A DNA stretch of 63,231 nt, filler included, from Folioceros fuciformis (taxonomy: Eukaryota): the NCBI GenBank assembly GCA_049999805.1. It is 7 parts of 7 records of this genome, joined end to end, with 100 filler letters (N's around TTAATTAATTAA, not from the genome) between each part and the next. Parts side by side here need not be neighbours in the genome. Positions count along the whole stretch, not along the records: positions 20,797 to 38,825 come from JBNGIO010002914.1; 6 more parts are not named here. The stretch is one strand, 5' to 3'. The notes below the pieces were generated by a model that saw nothing but the letters and a program-made list of their open reading frames with translations, did not search any database and was not told where the DNA came from. Shown piece by piece: positions 24,891 to 38,155 of the stretch (positions are counted from its first letter, which is position 1; each line of letters opens with the position of its first letter). Both the position numbers and the translations under genes were made by a program.

Positions 24891-25147
24891 CCCGGAACCA
24901 GATCGGCTGCTTGTGGAACCCAGGCCTGAGCCGGCTCCTCTGGTACTTGCTTCGCATGAGGCAAAAAGTTGGGTGCTGTAGAGGCCCACGCTCTGGGCCC
25001 CAACGTCAAATTTCTTGGCTCCCATCGCCGCGGTCCATGGCTTCCTCGCCGCACTGCCTTGCCTTCGCAAGCCCAAGCCCGCCATGGTCTTATCTCGGGG
25101 GCCAGTCTACGCCAGGTTGCTGCTGACCGGCCCCAAGGTTGCCGGAC

Positions 25148-28100
25148 ATGACAGAGACGACACTGCGCGGCTGTGCCGAGCATGGCGGCTGTCCCACTGA
25201 CTACATTGCTGCGGCGGGATCGGCCTGCGTTCTGGGCTTGTAAGCCTTCTATTCCTTTTTGCCATGGTTGTTTCTTTCGTGGAGTGCTTGTTCTCTATGT
25301 AGCATGGGTGCACAATTTTGTGTCTTGCGCTCATTTTGTTTGTTCGATTGTCTCTGGTGGTATTAGTGTGTTCTTAGGGACGGTCGCAATTTATCGGAAG
25401 AGGCACGTGCCGGAGATCAAAGCTAAGCAGGTCTATCTTATGGTGCTCCAGTCGATTGCAAGTTCAATTTTTATTATCTCTCTCCTGGTAAGACCCTTGT
25501 CTTGATGTAGAGATGCATTTGCTGGCGTATGGGTGCCTCCGCTAGTATGTTTTTTCTGGGTTCTGAAGCTCATGTCCGTCACTTGCTCAAGCACCCACCT
25601 TGTGTGTTGACATTGGCTGCAGATGGCCAGAAATATTTTCAAGTTGTCCAGAAAGGCGCATGGTTTTTGGCTTTCATGTCAACTGTGGCAAAGTAAGCCT
25701 CAACTTCAAGTCACCCAGTGGATCCTTTTCGCACACCAGTATTGCTGTGACGAAGGCTTATGGAAGTAAGCTCACAGCGCCAGGGTAGATTTTCAGGTTT
25801 GGGAGTTGGGGTAATCATGAATGACAATCAGCTGTGATTCTCGGTTTCTGTCGTATCTTTCAGTTTGGGTAGAAGATACAGGCTTTGGCTTGTTGCTCAG
25901 CTGTCATCTCGCAAGGGCGTACAGGCTTTATCACGTTTTTGTCGGGTATGCAAACACGCATTTTATCTCCTGTGCTCTTCTGCCAGAGGCCCATCACTTC
26001 ATTTGTTTTGCAGCTGCGCTCAAGAGGCAGCTTCTTTTCAAGGCTCTGTGCTTATGAAATCAGTCATTTCTGTTGCAGGAGACGGTTGCCTCCTCTAAAG
26101 TCTTTCCAGCTCGTGCCTTTGCTCATAGTGCCCTGGATTGTGGGAGCAGCAGGTTTCTATGCACCCCGGCACCATCATCTCTGGCTTCTGAGTCTTAACA
26201 GAAAATGGGCCGCTTAAGACTTGCTTTGTCTATACAGTAATGCAGGGAGTGGATGTCTTCCATAACTCCAATCGCTGTGTCGCACACTCGACTTGGTGGG
26301 TCATTGCCGGAGCCCTGCATGTCACCTACACCTTTATGCTGATGGCTGCCACTTGGAAGATCCGGAATATCAGGTTTGAGTTCAATGAATACAAGGAGCT
26401 GATGGCTGGAGGCTCGCTTTGCATCGTATTTCTAGGTGAAGCTCACTGCACTGGTGCTGATGCTGAAAGACGACTCCTCTATATGGTTCATAGCCCTAGA
26501 GAGTACTTGTGCAAGCCTCTGCCGTGTTCAGCGCTTTTTTATGTTCAATTCGCGCTGACAGTTGGGGAGTGTGTCGTTCCATTGTTGACAGCTGTTGGAT
26601 TCTTCCTATACGCATGGAATGCAATGCGAAGGAACGGAAGCGAGGACCTTGAGGTTTCCATGAGGTTCTTCATTGTACTCGTGGTAGATACCAACTCCTC
26701 AATCCCTTGGGCAATTGCTGATGTGTCCTATGATCTTGTATTCCATCCACGTAGGTTTTAGTGTCTGTCAAGAGCTGGCACTCTTTTGCTCTTTGCTTAC
26801 CCTCTCTCCAGTTTGAGGTTTTGGTTTGTTGATCTGGAACATAACAGGGGAATCTGGTGGTCATTTTCTTCTTCTGGTTTCCCGTGTCACGGCCTTTCAT
26901 GGCACAGTTCGGTGCCAGACAAAGAGAAACCGAAATCAGCATGGGGCAAGCACTTGGAGTTCCCCCTAGTGGCGTACTTATACCCCCAACACGAACAGCT
27001 TTTAACTTTGAAGAGCCTCTTGACTGCCTACTTCAAAACAAGCGATTCCGTCTGTCTTTTCTCGCTTTTGCTGACAGGTTAGACGTGAGGTCAAGGCTTA
27101 GGACTTGCAAGTCCTGAATTCTACACTGTAGCTCACTTCACATTTCAATAGGCGATTGTTGTTGAGAATGAACTTGCCCAGGACTGCGTATGCGGAATTG
27201 TTCAATCTCAGCAATGTGGACCGCAGCTCAGCAACTGGAGCATGTATATCTTGCAGCAGTTGCCGACCTGGTGTTGATGTAGACCCTGATATACAGTCTC
27301 TGGTTGTCTTGCAGCCGCTTGGCAGGAGAAGCTGTGCACTTCTATGATGAGGTCCGGGTATTCAACAGGATGCCCTTATCCAACTTCGTGGGGAGGATCT
27401 ACATGGCGACCTATATCATTGACAAATACATACAAGTGGGTACGTACGTCTAAATCCAGATACGTGCCCTGCACCAAGTGGACCTGAGAGTGAGACGGGC
27501 TGCGATTGAGTATGATACAGGGTCACGGATGGAGATCAACATTTCCCACCAAATGCGCTCCGAGATATTGAACACCATGGACTTGACAAATCCAAATTTA
27601 TTCAAGCGTGCCATCAACGAAGCCGTGAAAATGATGCAGCAGGTACTCCTTCATTGCTTTCATCTTGTATTCTGTATTCGACCGTTTCCAGCTGCACGCC
27701 AACTGAGCCACTGAATCCATCCTTCACTTGTGAGCATCAGAATCTTGAAAAAGATTACTGGGCATCGTCCTTTTTCCGGGAGCTGAAGGAGGAGCTTGAT
27801 GCAGAAGCAGAATACAGTGAACAGCTGGAGCGAATGAGCATTCGGAACTTTCCCCTTCGACGCCTGTCGTATGACCCTCTGCCTAGCTCTGACAACCCGT
27901 TTGACAGTGGCGATGTACCTGCTGTGAACGACGAAGGAATCTGGATGCCTCTTGACGATTTCAGTAACTGTGGGAAGTATGACGATGATGGAAACCTTGT
28001 AGAGCCCGCATGTTACGTCCTCGATCATGATGCCAAGTCAACCTATTCTGTTGCTTCTTCAGGGGACGCCTCTCAGGTTTGTTCCCTTGAAGGCTCTGGT

Positions 28101-28329
28101 TGTTGGGCCGTTTCGTCTTGTTGGTTTCATTGACAAACACTCATAAGCTATTTTGGCTTCAATTACTGACACGTGGTAGCTTCCATGGAATCAGGTCACA
28201 GAAAATTTAACGCCCACTCAACCATGTCTTTCAGTGGAGTCCATGCGCCGGCCTGAGATGGCGAGTTTCAAGATAGATCTGGAGGGGCCCAGGGAACAGG
28301 TTCTTCATAGACCAACAAGGTCCGCCTGA
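25148..28329 (+). CDS. RGS1: 7-transmembrane Regulator of G-protein Signalling, multi-exon (about 11-12 exons; stop at 28329 if the last intron is used, otherwise 28133)
   Basis: Exon 1 (25148-25239) [110 protein letters not shown]; GT-AG introns in phase where checked. Confidence 0.93.
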
Positions 28330-29157
28330 TTCTGGGTACAAGCTCTGGCTTGATTACGAAGGGAGTGACAACACAACAGCTAGATGTAGATGGAACTGGA
28401 GTCACTGTACCCTGGTTTTCCGAGAAACTTGTATGATACGTGGTGCGTATGTACATATGAACTGTATTTTGCGTCTCGCAGGACGTCTCCTCATTTATGA
28501 AACCGTGTGTCTCTACTTTAGAGTCTTGTCGGTCCTGGACTCCCTGCCATAGAGAAGCTGCGACTCGTGGGCACTCTAACCTGGGTTCCCTGGGAAACTG
28601 CTCCTTCACGACCGCACTTGTTCTGGGCCTGACGCTCCCGTATTCAAGGGGCAAAGCCTTTTTGTTTGCAGCCTCACCTCTCCATGAATGCAGCCAATGT
28701 GAGGGCATACGGGTTTGAGGCGGCTCCCACGTGCTATGCGTTTGCAAGTTTCTGACGAATGGCGGTATCTGTAGCTGATGTGAGATTGTGAATCGTCCTC
28801 TTTGTGGAGAATCGTCCTGTCCGGAGCACATAATTGGGACATAGTATGCTGGATGCGTGGGAAGCGGGGTGTGGAGCTGAGAGTTCCGCCTGAGTGGTGA
28901 GTCTGTGAGACTATGGTTGCTCCAGCTTCGTGCGGGAATGGTTTGGGTTGGCAATTGGCACGGGTCGTCTGAGAGCTCTATCTACACTGCGGGAGCAATG
29001 TGGCTGACCTAGGCTGTGATATGGATCTGGTCTCGCCAGACGTCTTGGCAGTTCACGAGCTTTCGATGCGTTTGGTGTCTTGGAGGAGCGTGCAATGCAG
29101 CTACGCCAAGCTTGTAGAGATTTTGCGCTTTGCACAGTTTTGTAGAGGAGCTGAAAA

Positions 29158-32100
29158 ATGTGCCTGGGTCAACTAGGCTCTCGTTCAGGGCCGTTGAGAA
29201 CGATGGCATCCAAACGGGCGGGGTTGGAGCTTCGCGATGTGCACTACCGTCACCAGAGGGTCGTCACTAGGGATCGGAGACCGGTTGCACGTGGGCACAG
29301 GGCTTTTGTGGTTATCTTACTGGGCTTGGGGGTGCTCCTACTTTCCTTGCACCTCACGGGGAAGTCTGTTGCGGGCCAGAGGCTGGACTACAATGAATTA
29401 AGGGACGATGACGATCTTGTCAACGCTGTTTTGCTTGCAAACGCTACGGAGGGTCAGGACAGCTTTGCTGAGATGTTTGATCGAGTTCTTGAAAAGGAAT
29501 TTCCTGAGAAGGATCCTCAGGAAGGTAAGTATTGAGAAGTGGCAGTCCTGGTCTATCATCGGGGGATACGGTCATTGTTTTCTGCGTCTGCTTTAGTTGC
29601 AGCATCATGTCACAACAGATACCTTGATTTTGTAGGTACCGAGCAGGAAGTTGGCAAAAGCTTCAACAACAGTGTCGCAGAGCAGCAGGTCACTTCTCAC
29701 TGCATTTACCACTGCCTGCCTTCTCTGTACGCGCGATACTATGTGAAATATTTAGTCAAGACACGTTGTGAGGTACTTCAGGCATCGAAGATCTGCACGG
29801 GCTAGAAACTTACCCCTAGTCTTTTTCAGGCTGTTCTGGAAACAGTTGCAAGAGTCACACATGAGAAGCCTAAGCGCAATGATTCTCAGGATGAGAGGAA
29901 GTAAGCTGTCCAACACGGGTTGCGAGATGAGGACTCTTTTTCGCGTTTATTCCTAACCTTGCCACCAATGTCATTGTTTGTGTTATGTGCTGCAGTGGGA
30001 CAATGAAATCCTTTCAACTCCATGATCTCATTACCCTTGAATCTGAAAGTGGTGCCGACGAGTTGCCCACTTTAATTGATAAGGAGGTAAGTGGAAGGAT
30101 GTGGTTCCCATCTTCCGTTCACTATTCTTCGTGGGGCGAGAGCTTGATATCTGCTTATCTACAGGACAATGTCTTTGTCATATCGAATCCAAGATCTGGG
30201 TACATGGTGCTTCAACAAGATCTACGGTGCGTAATGGACTGGACTGTCTGTTGATTGAAATAGGCGGGACCAACTATGGCTTTAAAAACAAATTAAGCTG
30301 ATCTTATGTGTCCATTGTTTGTTGCTCTCTGCAGTCTCATTTCAGAGCTAGTGATTGTCATTGTATCTGCAGCAATTGGTGGCATCGTATTTGCCTGGAT
30401 GGGGCAGCCTGTATGTTTTTCTGCCTCGTGCTTTCTCGTGTGAGAGGAAGAGCTTTTATAAATGTGTTCCTGGCTTGGTCACATTGCATTGTTCTGCCTT
30501 CCACTGCAATTATTCTTCTTAATCATTATGCCTTTTGGTTCAGGTTATCACTGGGTATTTGCTTGCTGGGTCTGCGATCGGCCCTGGCGGTTTCAGTGTC
30601 ATCTCTGAGTTGGTGCAGGTAGCCCAGTGCCGAAGTTGTATTTATGCTAATTGCCCTGCTTGCAAAGAAGGGGAATCTCGTGGCTTTATGTATTTCGTCA
30701 TCTGTCCTTTTTCAGGTTGAAACGATTGCTCAGTTTGGAGTTATTTTCCTACTGTTCTGTCTAGGGCTTGAGTTCTCAACTGCAAAGGTGAGGGATTTGT
30801 TTCATTGATGGTTGAGTTTGGCAGTACTTGCTTCATCTCCTGTGGTTCCCTAAGTTCTTCGACTGCTATCAATTTGTAGTGCAAAGAATGGCTCGGCTGT
30901 GAAAGATCATTGTTAATACTGCTGAAGAGCTTACCTGTGGCTGCTTTATTTGGGGCATATTCTGATGACGTTTAGCATGTCATACAGCTGCGAGCAGTGC
31001 GAGCGGTTGCTGTTTTCGGTGGACTCCTTCAAATCCTACTGTTTATGTGCATCAGTGGACTCATTGCCATGGCAAGTGGTTGAGGCATTGAAACTGGAAA
31101 TGCATGCTGTCAGGCGCATTTGGTATGTGCCATTGTTTGACAATATTTGATCTACAGCTATGTGGAGGAAAGTCAACGGAGGGTGTCTTTGTTGGTGCTT
31201 TTTTGTCCATGTCATCGACTGCAGTGGTGAGTACTGATACTTTTGCAAGCTCCAGCTCATTCTTTGCAAATACGAGCCGTTGACGTGATGTAATGTTTCT
31301 GTGACAGGTGCTGAAGTTTCTGATGGAGAAGAACAGCGTGAATTCTCTCTCTGGTCAAATAACTGTAGGAACTTTGGTTCTTCAGGTATTGTGTGACACA
31401 ATACTTTGTGTTTGTACCTTGCTGCTTTCACGACGGTGTGTGCGGGACTTAATGTGGATTCTATTGTGCATCTCTCTGCAGGACTGCGCTGTAGGTTTAC
31501 TGTTTGCCATGCTCCCTGTCCTAGGCGGAGATGGGGGCTTGTTTCAGGGCATCATCTCAATGGTGAAAGCGTACGTGTGCACACATAGGACTTCACTGGA
31601 ACAGACTTGTGACTATTGAGAGTTTTCTCAGGGCTATATTTGTGTGCCTGCAGATTGTTTTTGCTAGGGACGTTTATACTGATGGCTATGTTCATAGCTC
31701 GGACTCTCGTACCTCGCTTCTTGAGGATGATGAGAAAGCTATCTGTACCTGTAAGTCTGCAGTATGAACTCGTGTCGGTCACGGTGACGGTACTTCTTTC
31801 TAGTCAACGCTTATGGCCCGTCTGCTAACTTAATATTGTGCAGACAAATGAGCTATTCCAGCTAACAGCTGTTGCATTCTGCCTTCTTGTTGCATGGGTA
31901 AGCATTGCTGCCCTCTTGGGTCAGATTCAGACGTCGATGCTTAGCTAACAAAACTAAAATTGAGCGTGTGGGCGGTGTGAACTACTGCAGTGCAGTGACA
32001 AGTTGGGGCTGAGCTTAGAGTTAGGGGCCTTTATGGCCGGGGTGATGATATCCGGTACTGATCAAGCTGAACACACTCTTGAGCAGGTCTGTGAGTAGCC

Positions 32101-33048
32101 CATGGTGTTATTTCAACGGTTCAACTGTGATGCATTAAGCGCGTAGAAGTTGGTGTCGCCTAACCAGCAGGTTCTGTTTGCAGATCGAATCAATCAGGAA
32201 TCTGTTCAGTGCTCTTTTCCTCGCAAGTATAGGCATGTTAATCAACTTGCAGTTTCTATGGAATCATATGGACATTCTCCTAGCGTCTGTAATTTTAGTA
32301 ATCGCTGCAAAGACCATTGTTATCACTTTTGTGGTCAGAGTCTTCGGCCATAGTGTGAAGACGTCGTTAATTGTGAGTATCTTCATGGTTCTGAATCTGC
32401 ACTATTGGTTTGTGTACTGACGTTTGCCACAAGGACTAACAGAATGTACTCTGTGACGTATGGGGCAGGTGGGCATGTCACTTGCTCAAATCGGGGAATT
32501 TGCATTTGTTTTGCTTAGTCGTGCATCCAACCTGCATCTTGTGCAGGTGCGGGACTGTTTTCAGACACAAGAAGCCATTGCGTGTGGCCTGTTTCGATTT
32601 CGATGTAGGGTGGAGTGGTGTGCATCCTAACTCCTGTCGCTTTTTTCTCAGAGGAAGCTTTACCTTCTGCTTCTGGGAACAACAGCGTTGAGTCTGGTAC
32701 GCGAACAGCGTTCAAATCGTGGGTTTGCTCTGATCTGAGGTGATGGTATTTTGTAGTAATGGTACATTCTTACGTGCAGATTACAACTCCTGTTCTGTTT
32801 CGGATGATTCCCGCGCTCATGCATTTGGGTGTTTTAATGAACTGGTTCTCTCCAGATTTAAGCCACCAAGAGGTGAGTCGTAGTGCAGTTGTGTTGAGCC
32901 GGTGGATGTTTAGGGTTTAGCAGCATGGTTAGACGCCACGAGTTAGAGCTGAAGCTTTGGTTTGCAGCAGGTGGTTATGAAAGGAGACCATCTTCATACT
33001 GGCAGCTCAAGGCATATTTCTATAGCAGTGCCAGGATCTGAAAGATGA
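29158..33048 (+). CDS. KEA4: K+ efflux antiporter, CPA2 family, KEA4/5/6 (endomembrane) clade; about 20 exons; start at 29158 or 29203
   Basis: SFAEMFDRVLEKEFPE; AVLETVARV; DNVFVISNPRS..LQQDL; ITGYLLAGSAIGPGG; ETIAQFGVIFLLF; LSMSSTAV; GTLVLQDCAVGLLFA; LSLELGAFMAGVMIS; LAQIGEFAFVLLSRA; final exon 32971-33048. Exact paralog not resolvable. Confidence 0.95.
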
Positions 33049-34787
33049 TGAGCCAGGATCTTTTGAAGCAAGTGGAAGGGTCATTCCTGTTTACGCTAAG
33101 GATGTCAGCTTGCAGGTCTATTTCAAGCAGGAGCGCGAATGAAGGCCGGCTAAAGTTTGTGATTCCACATTGGGGACCAGAGGCGAAAGGTGAGGCAGCG
33201 TTTGATGACTACGTGTCACAAGACCTTTAAATATTGTTGTTTTTTTTATTTTTTTTCTCGTATGAGTAAAGCGTGGAAGCGTTACGAGCGTGGTTCAGGG
33301 CTTGGTTTTGGTGTTAGTAATTACTGACGTGAGCCCGAGTGACACAATCGCTAAACTAGTTGCATGTTGTGATCACGGCCGGGCTTGGCAGGATGCATCC
33401 CTGTATGCTGAAATTTCTCGTTGGCGGTGGACGTCGCCTGTGTGTTGAGGCGGGCTTCCTCGTGGACTGAGGGTGATGAGAGGAGCGGCGAATGGCTGAC
33501 GACCTGGTCGGGTATGCTCCCAAGAAGGGAAGGGAAGGGAGGGGGCGGGAGTGCGTTTGTCGCTGTGGACTTGGAACCGATGGGAGGCCAAAGGTGTGGC
33601 TGGTAGCCCAATAATGTGGGGCATCCACGTTAGTCCTTGGGGTCTGAACTTGTGGCAGAGGGTAGGAGCACGCCTGCTGGGGCGTGGCGTCAACTAGACC
33701 CTTGTCCTGTGGTGAGAGAATTTGGGGGGGAGACGTGGACAGCAGTTGTCGTAGATACAGACGGAATATGTGTACTGTACGTATGGAATCCGTGCTGCTC
33801 GATTGGATGCACCGCTGTGGTGTAACGTATGTCTGTGGACATGGTACAGGAACGCGGCAGACGTGGCGCACATGATACACGCAAGGTGTGAGCGTGGCTC
33901 ACGTCAGTCCTTGAGATTTTGTTGCGAGTCGAAAAAGCATGACACGCGCGAATGCCACCCGGGACGTTGGCCGTAGCCGCGAAAAGCAACGCATGGGAAA
34001 AGGAAGGGGTCCAGCAGCCGGTCAGGGCCAGCTGGTGTGAACAGGGTCTGGTCCAGGTTGCAGGTTCCTGCAAGGTGAGGTCAGGGCAGTCCTGTCCTGT
34101 CCTATCCTGCAGGCTGCGACGCGCATGAGTGAGAGGGCAGGAATCTGGCTTGCTTCCCTTCCCTCCTTCGTCCTGGCGCTGGCGCTGGCTCTGGCCCTGG
34201 CCCTGGCCGAGCCTCCCACCTTCCCCTTGGCTGTGCGTACTGTTCTCTCGTCTCGGTAACGTTGCACAGCGCAGGTGCAGGTGGTGTGTTTCCCAGGTCA
34301 CGCATGTACTTTTCTTTTTCGTTCGTTCCGTTCCGTTGCGCTTCGTTCCGTGCTTGTGTGGCCGCGCCTGGCTTCCAGTGACCCGCCATATCTCGCTGAA
34401 CCCAAGACACAACCACCAAGCAGGGCACGAACCCAGAGGTGAAGGCTTGTCAGAGACAGAGACACGCAGCAGCAAGAGATTGATGAAAGCGTTGAATGAA
34501 AGATCCTTGATATGCACAGTGATTTTTGGCTGCCAATGCAGAGGATAAAGTGGGCAGTGAGTGTGGTGTGCGTGGGGCCGGAGAGTGGCCAGGGCGGGAG
34601 CAGGCGCTCATGATTGGATCGAGGCGAGGCGGGTTCGCCTTAAAAGCAACACAGCCTACAGCAAGGCATATCTGTCGGTGGCAACAGCCCAGCCAAGCTA
34701 ATAAGCTGGTGCTTGGTGCAGCGGCAAGTGCCGTCCTCCATACACATTACACACCCTACCCACACATACTGTATGTATGTACATATG

Positions 34788-35193
34788 CTACTTTGGCGAC
34801 AAGGAAGGAGGCCACGGCCATCTGGAATTGTTGAAAGAGTCGTTGCAGTCCCGGTGGGCTGAGCCCAAGCCCACTCCGGCACCGAAGGCCACAGCCGCGC
34901 ATCTGGTCTTGGGGCTCCCTACAAGGACAAGGACAAGTGCGTTCAAAGTGAGCGCCTGTTGTTGGAAGAAGAAGGCAGCCCTAATTTTGGCATTGGCAGT
35001 TGGCAGTTGCTGGATGGAGCGGGCATTGTTTGTAACTGCACAAGAGGAGCGCGGCCACAGCACCCGCCATAGTGCTGTACACGAAGCGCCGAAGAGTGAG
35101 ATCGATGCAGGCGTCCCACTTCTTTTCCAGCTCCAGCACCAAATCCGGCGGCCTGTCCTGGCCACTGCCAGACTTGCCTTTGCCGCTACTCAT
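34788..35193 (-). CDS. MIC10: MICOS complex subunit MIC10 (exons 35193-35037 and 34918-34788)
   Basis: KKWDACIDLTLRRFVYS..ALLLC-RSPKTRCAAVAFGAGVGLGSAHRDC with the GxGxGxG motif; in-phase GT-AG intron. Confidence 0.9.
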
Positions 35194-36945
35194 GGCCTTG
35201 GAGGAGAGTTTTAGGGTTGATGTTTGCTACACTATTCTACTATAGTATACATATGTGTAAGGCAGGGCATCGGAGTCAGAGGCAGAGGCAGACGCAGACG
35301 CAGAAGACGCAGATGCAGAGGGGAAGCCGCTGCACCAGCAGCGGCACCGGTAGCAGACGAGTTTGAGGTGATGAGGCCCGTCCCCGACCCCCGACCCAGA
35401 CCGCGGGAACTGGTCTGGCCTCCCGTGCTTTCTGCTCTTGTGTATCTCCTTCATTCCCTCCATATCTCCCGGGACCCCTTCAGTTCCATGGCACCCCCTG
35501 TCGGCAGAACGGAACAAGAAACCCAATTGTTGATGCAACAGTTGAAGGCAGCGCACACGCATAGCGACCAGCCTGTATGTTCTTTTGTAGGCGCATTTCA
35601 GGATAAAATGCAACTGCGGGGTAGGCTGCGGGATGCAGGCTGTAGGCTGCAGGGCGAGGGTCAGGGCCAAAGGCAGGCGTGTCTGCTTGCGCGTGAGCTT
35701 CCGGACGTGCACATGGGCCGGTCTGGAGTCGAATAGCTGGCAGTGCTGGGCCATCCTCCTGTGTACTGTACATTACTGTCCACAGCCGGGTCAATGAAAA
35801 ACAAAATCCCGCTGATCTCATCCCACCTCGCCTCGCCTCTCGCCCTTGCAAGGGCCCATGCCCAGGTACTCAGATGCTTCTCTTCCTTCTTCCTTCTCGG
35901 GACGCCAACCAGCACCAAGCATTGTCAACTCCGCGGGGCCCGGCCCCCATCCCTGCCTTTTCAAACCGCTTTCACATTTGCGGCCGGGATGCCCAAGACG
36001 GCGCGGCCCGCATTGGGCCGCGCGCTCCTCGCCCCCAAAAGTTTCAGGAACTCTCTCGCCCGGGGGCCCTTTTCTTTATGCGATACTGCTCTCATTCATT
36101 AATAATGTTAAGCGGGTGTGCTCCAGCGGACACAACTGAACACAGTGCGTGTAACGTTTATTGTGCTGCAGCAAAGTGCAAGCAGCTTGCGGCAGGAGCA
36201 GGAGCAGAGAATTCCACTCGTCCCCGCAGAGTGCTGCACCAGGCACGCAGGCAGGTCCAGGAAGGGGCCCATCCCGCTCCCTCCAGAAGGCCATGGCAGG
36301 CCCTCCCCGCTGCTGCTTCTACATCAGCTCGGACAGCCCCGCGAGAAGGCAGGAGGGAAACACGGCGCAGCTCTAGACTGCGATCCCGGACCTGGATGAG
36401 GAAGTTATAGCTGCCAGGCCGGGCCAGGCCCCTGCCTGCCACCGATCTCCTTCCTCCCACTGTCCACCACATCACAGATCTTCTCTCCACACAAACACAC
36501 AAACAAACACTCACCAATATACATACTTGCACAGGAGTGGCCCAGCAATAGTATACACGACCCGGCCCGGGCCCCGGGCCCCGGGCTTGCCGCCTCCCGC
36601 ATCCCCATACACTGCATACAAGTTTGCACCAGGGGCCCTTTGTCTTCCTCCCTCACTTCCCAGATTCGTCCAGTCCACGCGCGCACACGCACATACCCGC
36701 GCAGCAGCTCACAGCCTCTCTCTGCTGCCCCATGTCAAACTGTTAGTCTGCACACATCCTCGGGCCCAGACTACAACACACCTTCTTCCACCACGCAAGC
36801 CAATAACCGCGTGACACTACATGGTAACTGATTTCTTGCCCGTCTGCAGCGGCAGCAGGCACTGCGACCTGCAACCCGCTCCCTCATGACTCCTCGGCCT
36901 TCGCCCTAACCTGGGTCAGCGTGATCATACACTTCGTGATAGGAG

Positions 36946-37050
36946 AAGCCAAGCCCAAGCCCAAGCCCAAGCCCAAGCCCAAGCCCAAGCCCAAGCCCAA
37001 GCCCAAGCCCAAGCAATGCAAAGCAAAGCCAAGCCAAGCCAAGCCAAGCT
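36946..37050. repeat. (AAGCCC)10 microsatellite grading into (AAGCC)n
   Basis: Direct reading of 36951-37010. Confidence 0.95.
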
Positions 37051-38155
37051 AAGGACCTCAGCTCAGCCTAGCCCAGACCAGCCCAGCCCATCCCAGCACA
37101 GAAAGGGCAGGGGCAGAAAAGAGGGTCCTGCCAGCGCACAACGCGCTTGCATTGAATACTCCACAGCCTTCAATATTCCCTGCAACCTCCCCTTTCATTT
37201 TGTTTTCTATCTCCTACCAATCATTCCAATCTACTTCATCTCTCCTGCATAATTCGACACAGTCTTGCCTAATTTTCTGTCACGTAGTTCCACACTCGTC
37301 TTGTATTATTTGTATAACCAACCACAGTCCAGTCTAGATCTTTAGGTGGGATCTTCCACCTGCCTCTCGGCTCCACTCCTGGCCATGTTAGTCTCGCTGT
37401 GATAATGAAGTTGGTTCCATGGAATGATGCTGGACGCTGGCAGAGATCATGATCTCCCAGTCCATGCACGAAAGCAAGCAAAGAGGAAAGGAAAGTGAGA
37501 AGAGAAATCAGAGGAAGAGAAGGCTAATTTGTACCGGCAAGCCCCCATATTTACCACCAACCTTTTGTACAAACACACAAGCACCGTCGCGAGCGTAACG
37601 TATGCAGACGTGGAGAGTTGGGGAAAAAGTGGGGCGTGTTTGACGACTGTTTACTTGTCCATACGTGTCCCGGGTAGGATATTAGGCCTGTCTATTCCCA
37701 TGTCCTGAGGCCGTCAGTACGGGGCCGCTCAGAGGGGGAGGGAGAGAAGACGACACTAATCTTTGAGAAGCGGCCGCACCCCATCCCGCCGGCCCCTTTG
37801 TGTTGTTGTGTGCTTCCGAGCTGCTGCGTGCGCTGTGGAGCAAGTTATGGCGCTCGGCGCGCAGGGAGGCGTCTCGTAGCAGCGGGGAGTGTCGACGTAG
37901 AGGATACCAGCGGAAGGGCGGGTGCGTGTTACTGCTGCTATTGCTGCCGCCGCTGCCTCTTGTACTGCCGGGCAGACGCAGGCCCAGGTGCCACGCCCCG
38001 TCGTCAAGCTGGCGGCAGAGTGCGCGGAGTTCGTGGATGAAGCTGCCCGAAAGCGGCATCTTTGGAGGGGCGCAGAGCTTGTGGAGCACGGGACTGGCCG
38101 CAGCGGCAACTGCAACGCCATCGGGAAGGCGGATTCGTCCAGGAAGCAGCTCCAG

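Noticed and set aside
28268-28954. 228-aa minus-strand ORF between RGS1 and KEA
   Set aside because: Non-ATG start, no recognisable domain, and it overlaps UTR/promoter sequence.
33351-34548. Many overlapping ORFs up to 275 aa
   Set aside because: GC-rich, microsatellite-laden intergenic DNA open in several frames with no motifs.
35743-37500. Overlapping GC-rich ORFs between MIC10 and LBD
   Set aside because: Low-complexity promoter-type sequence with no protein family signal.
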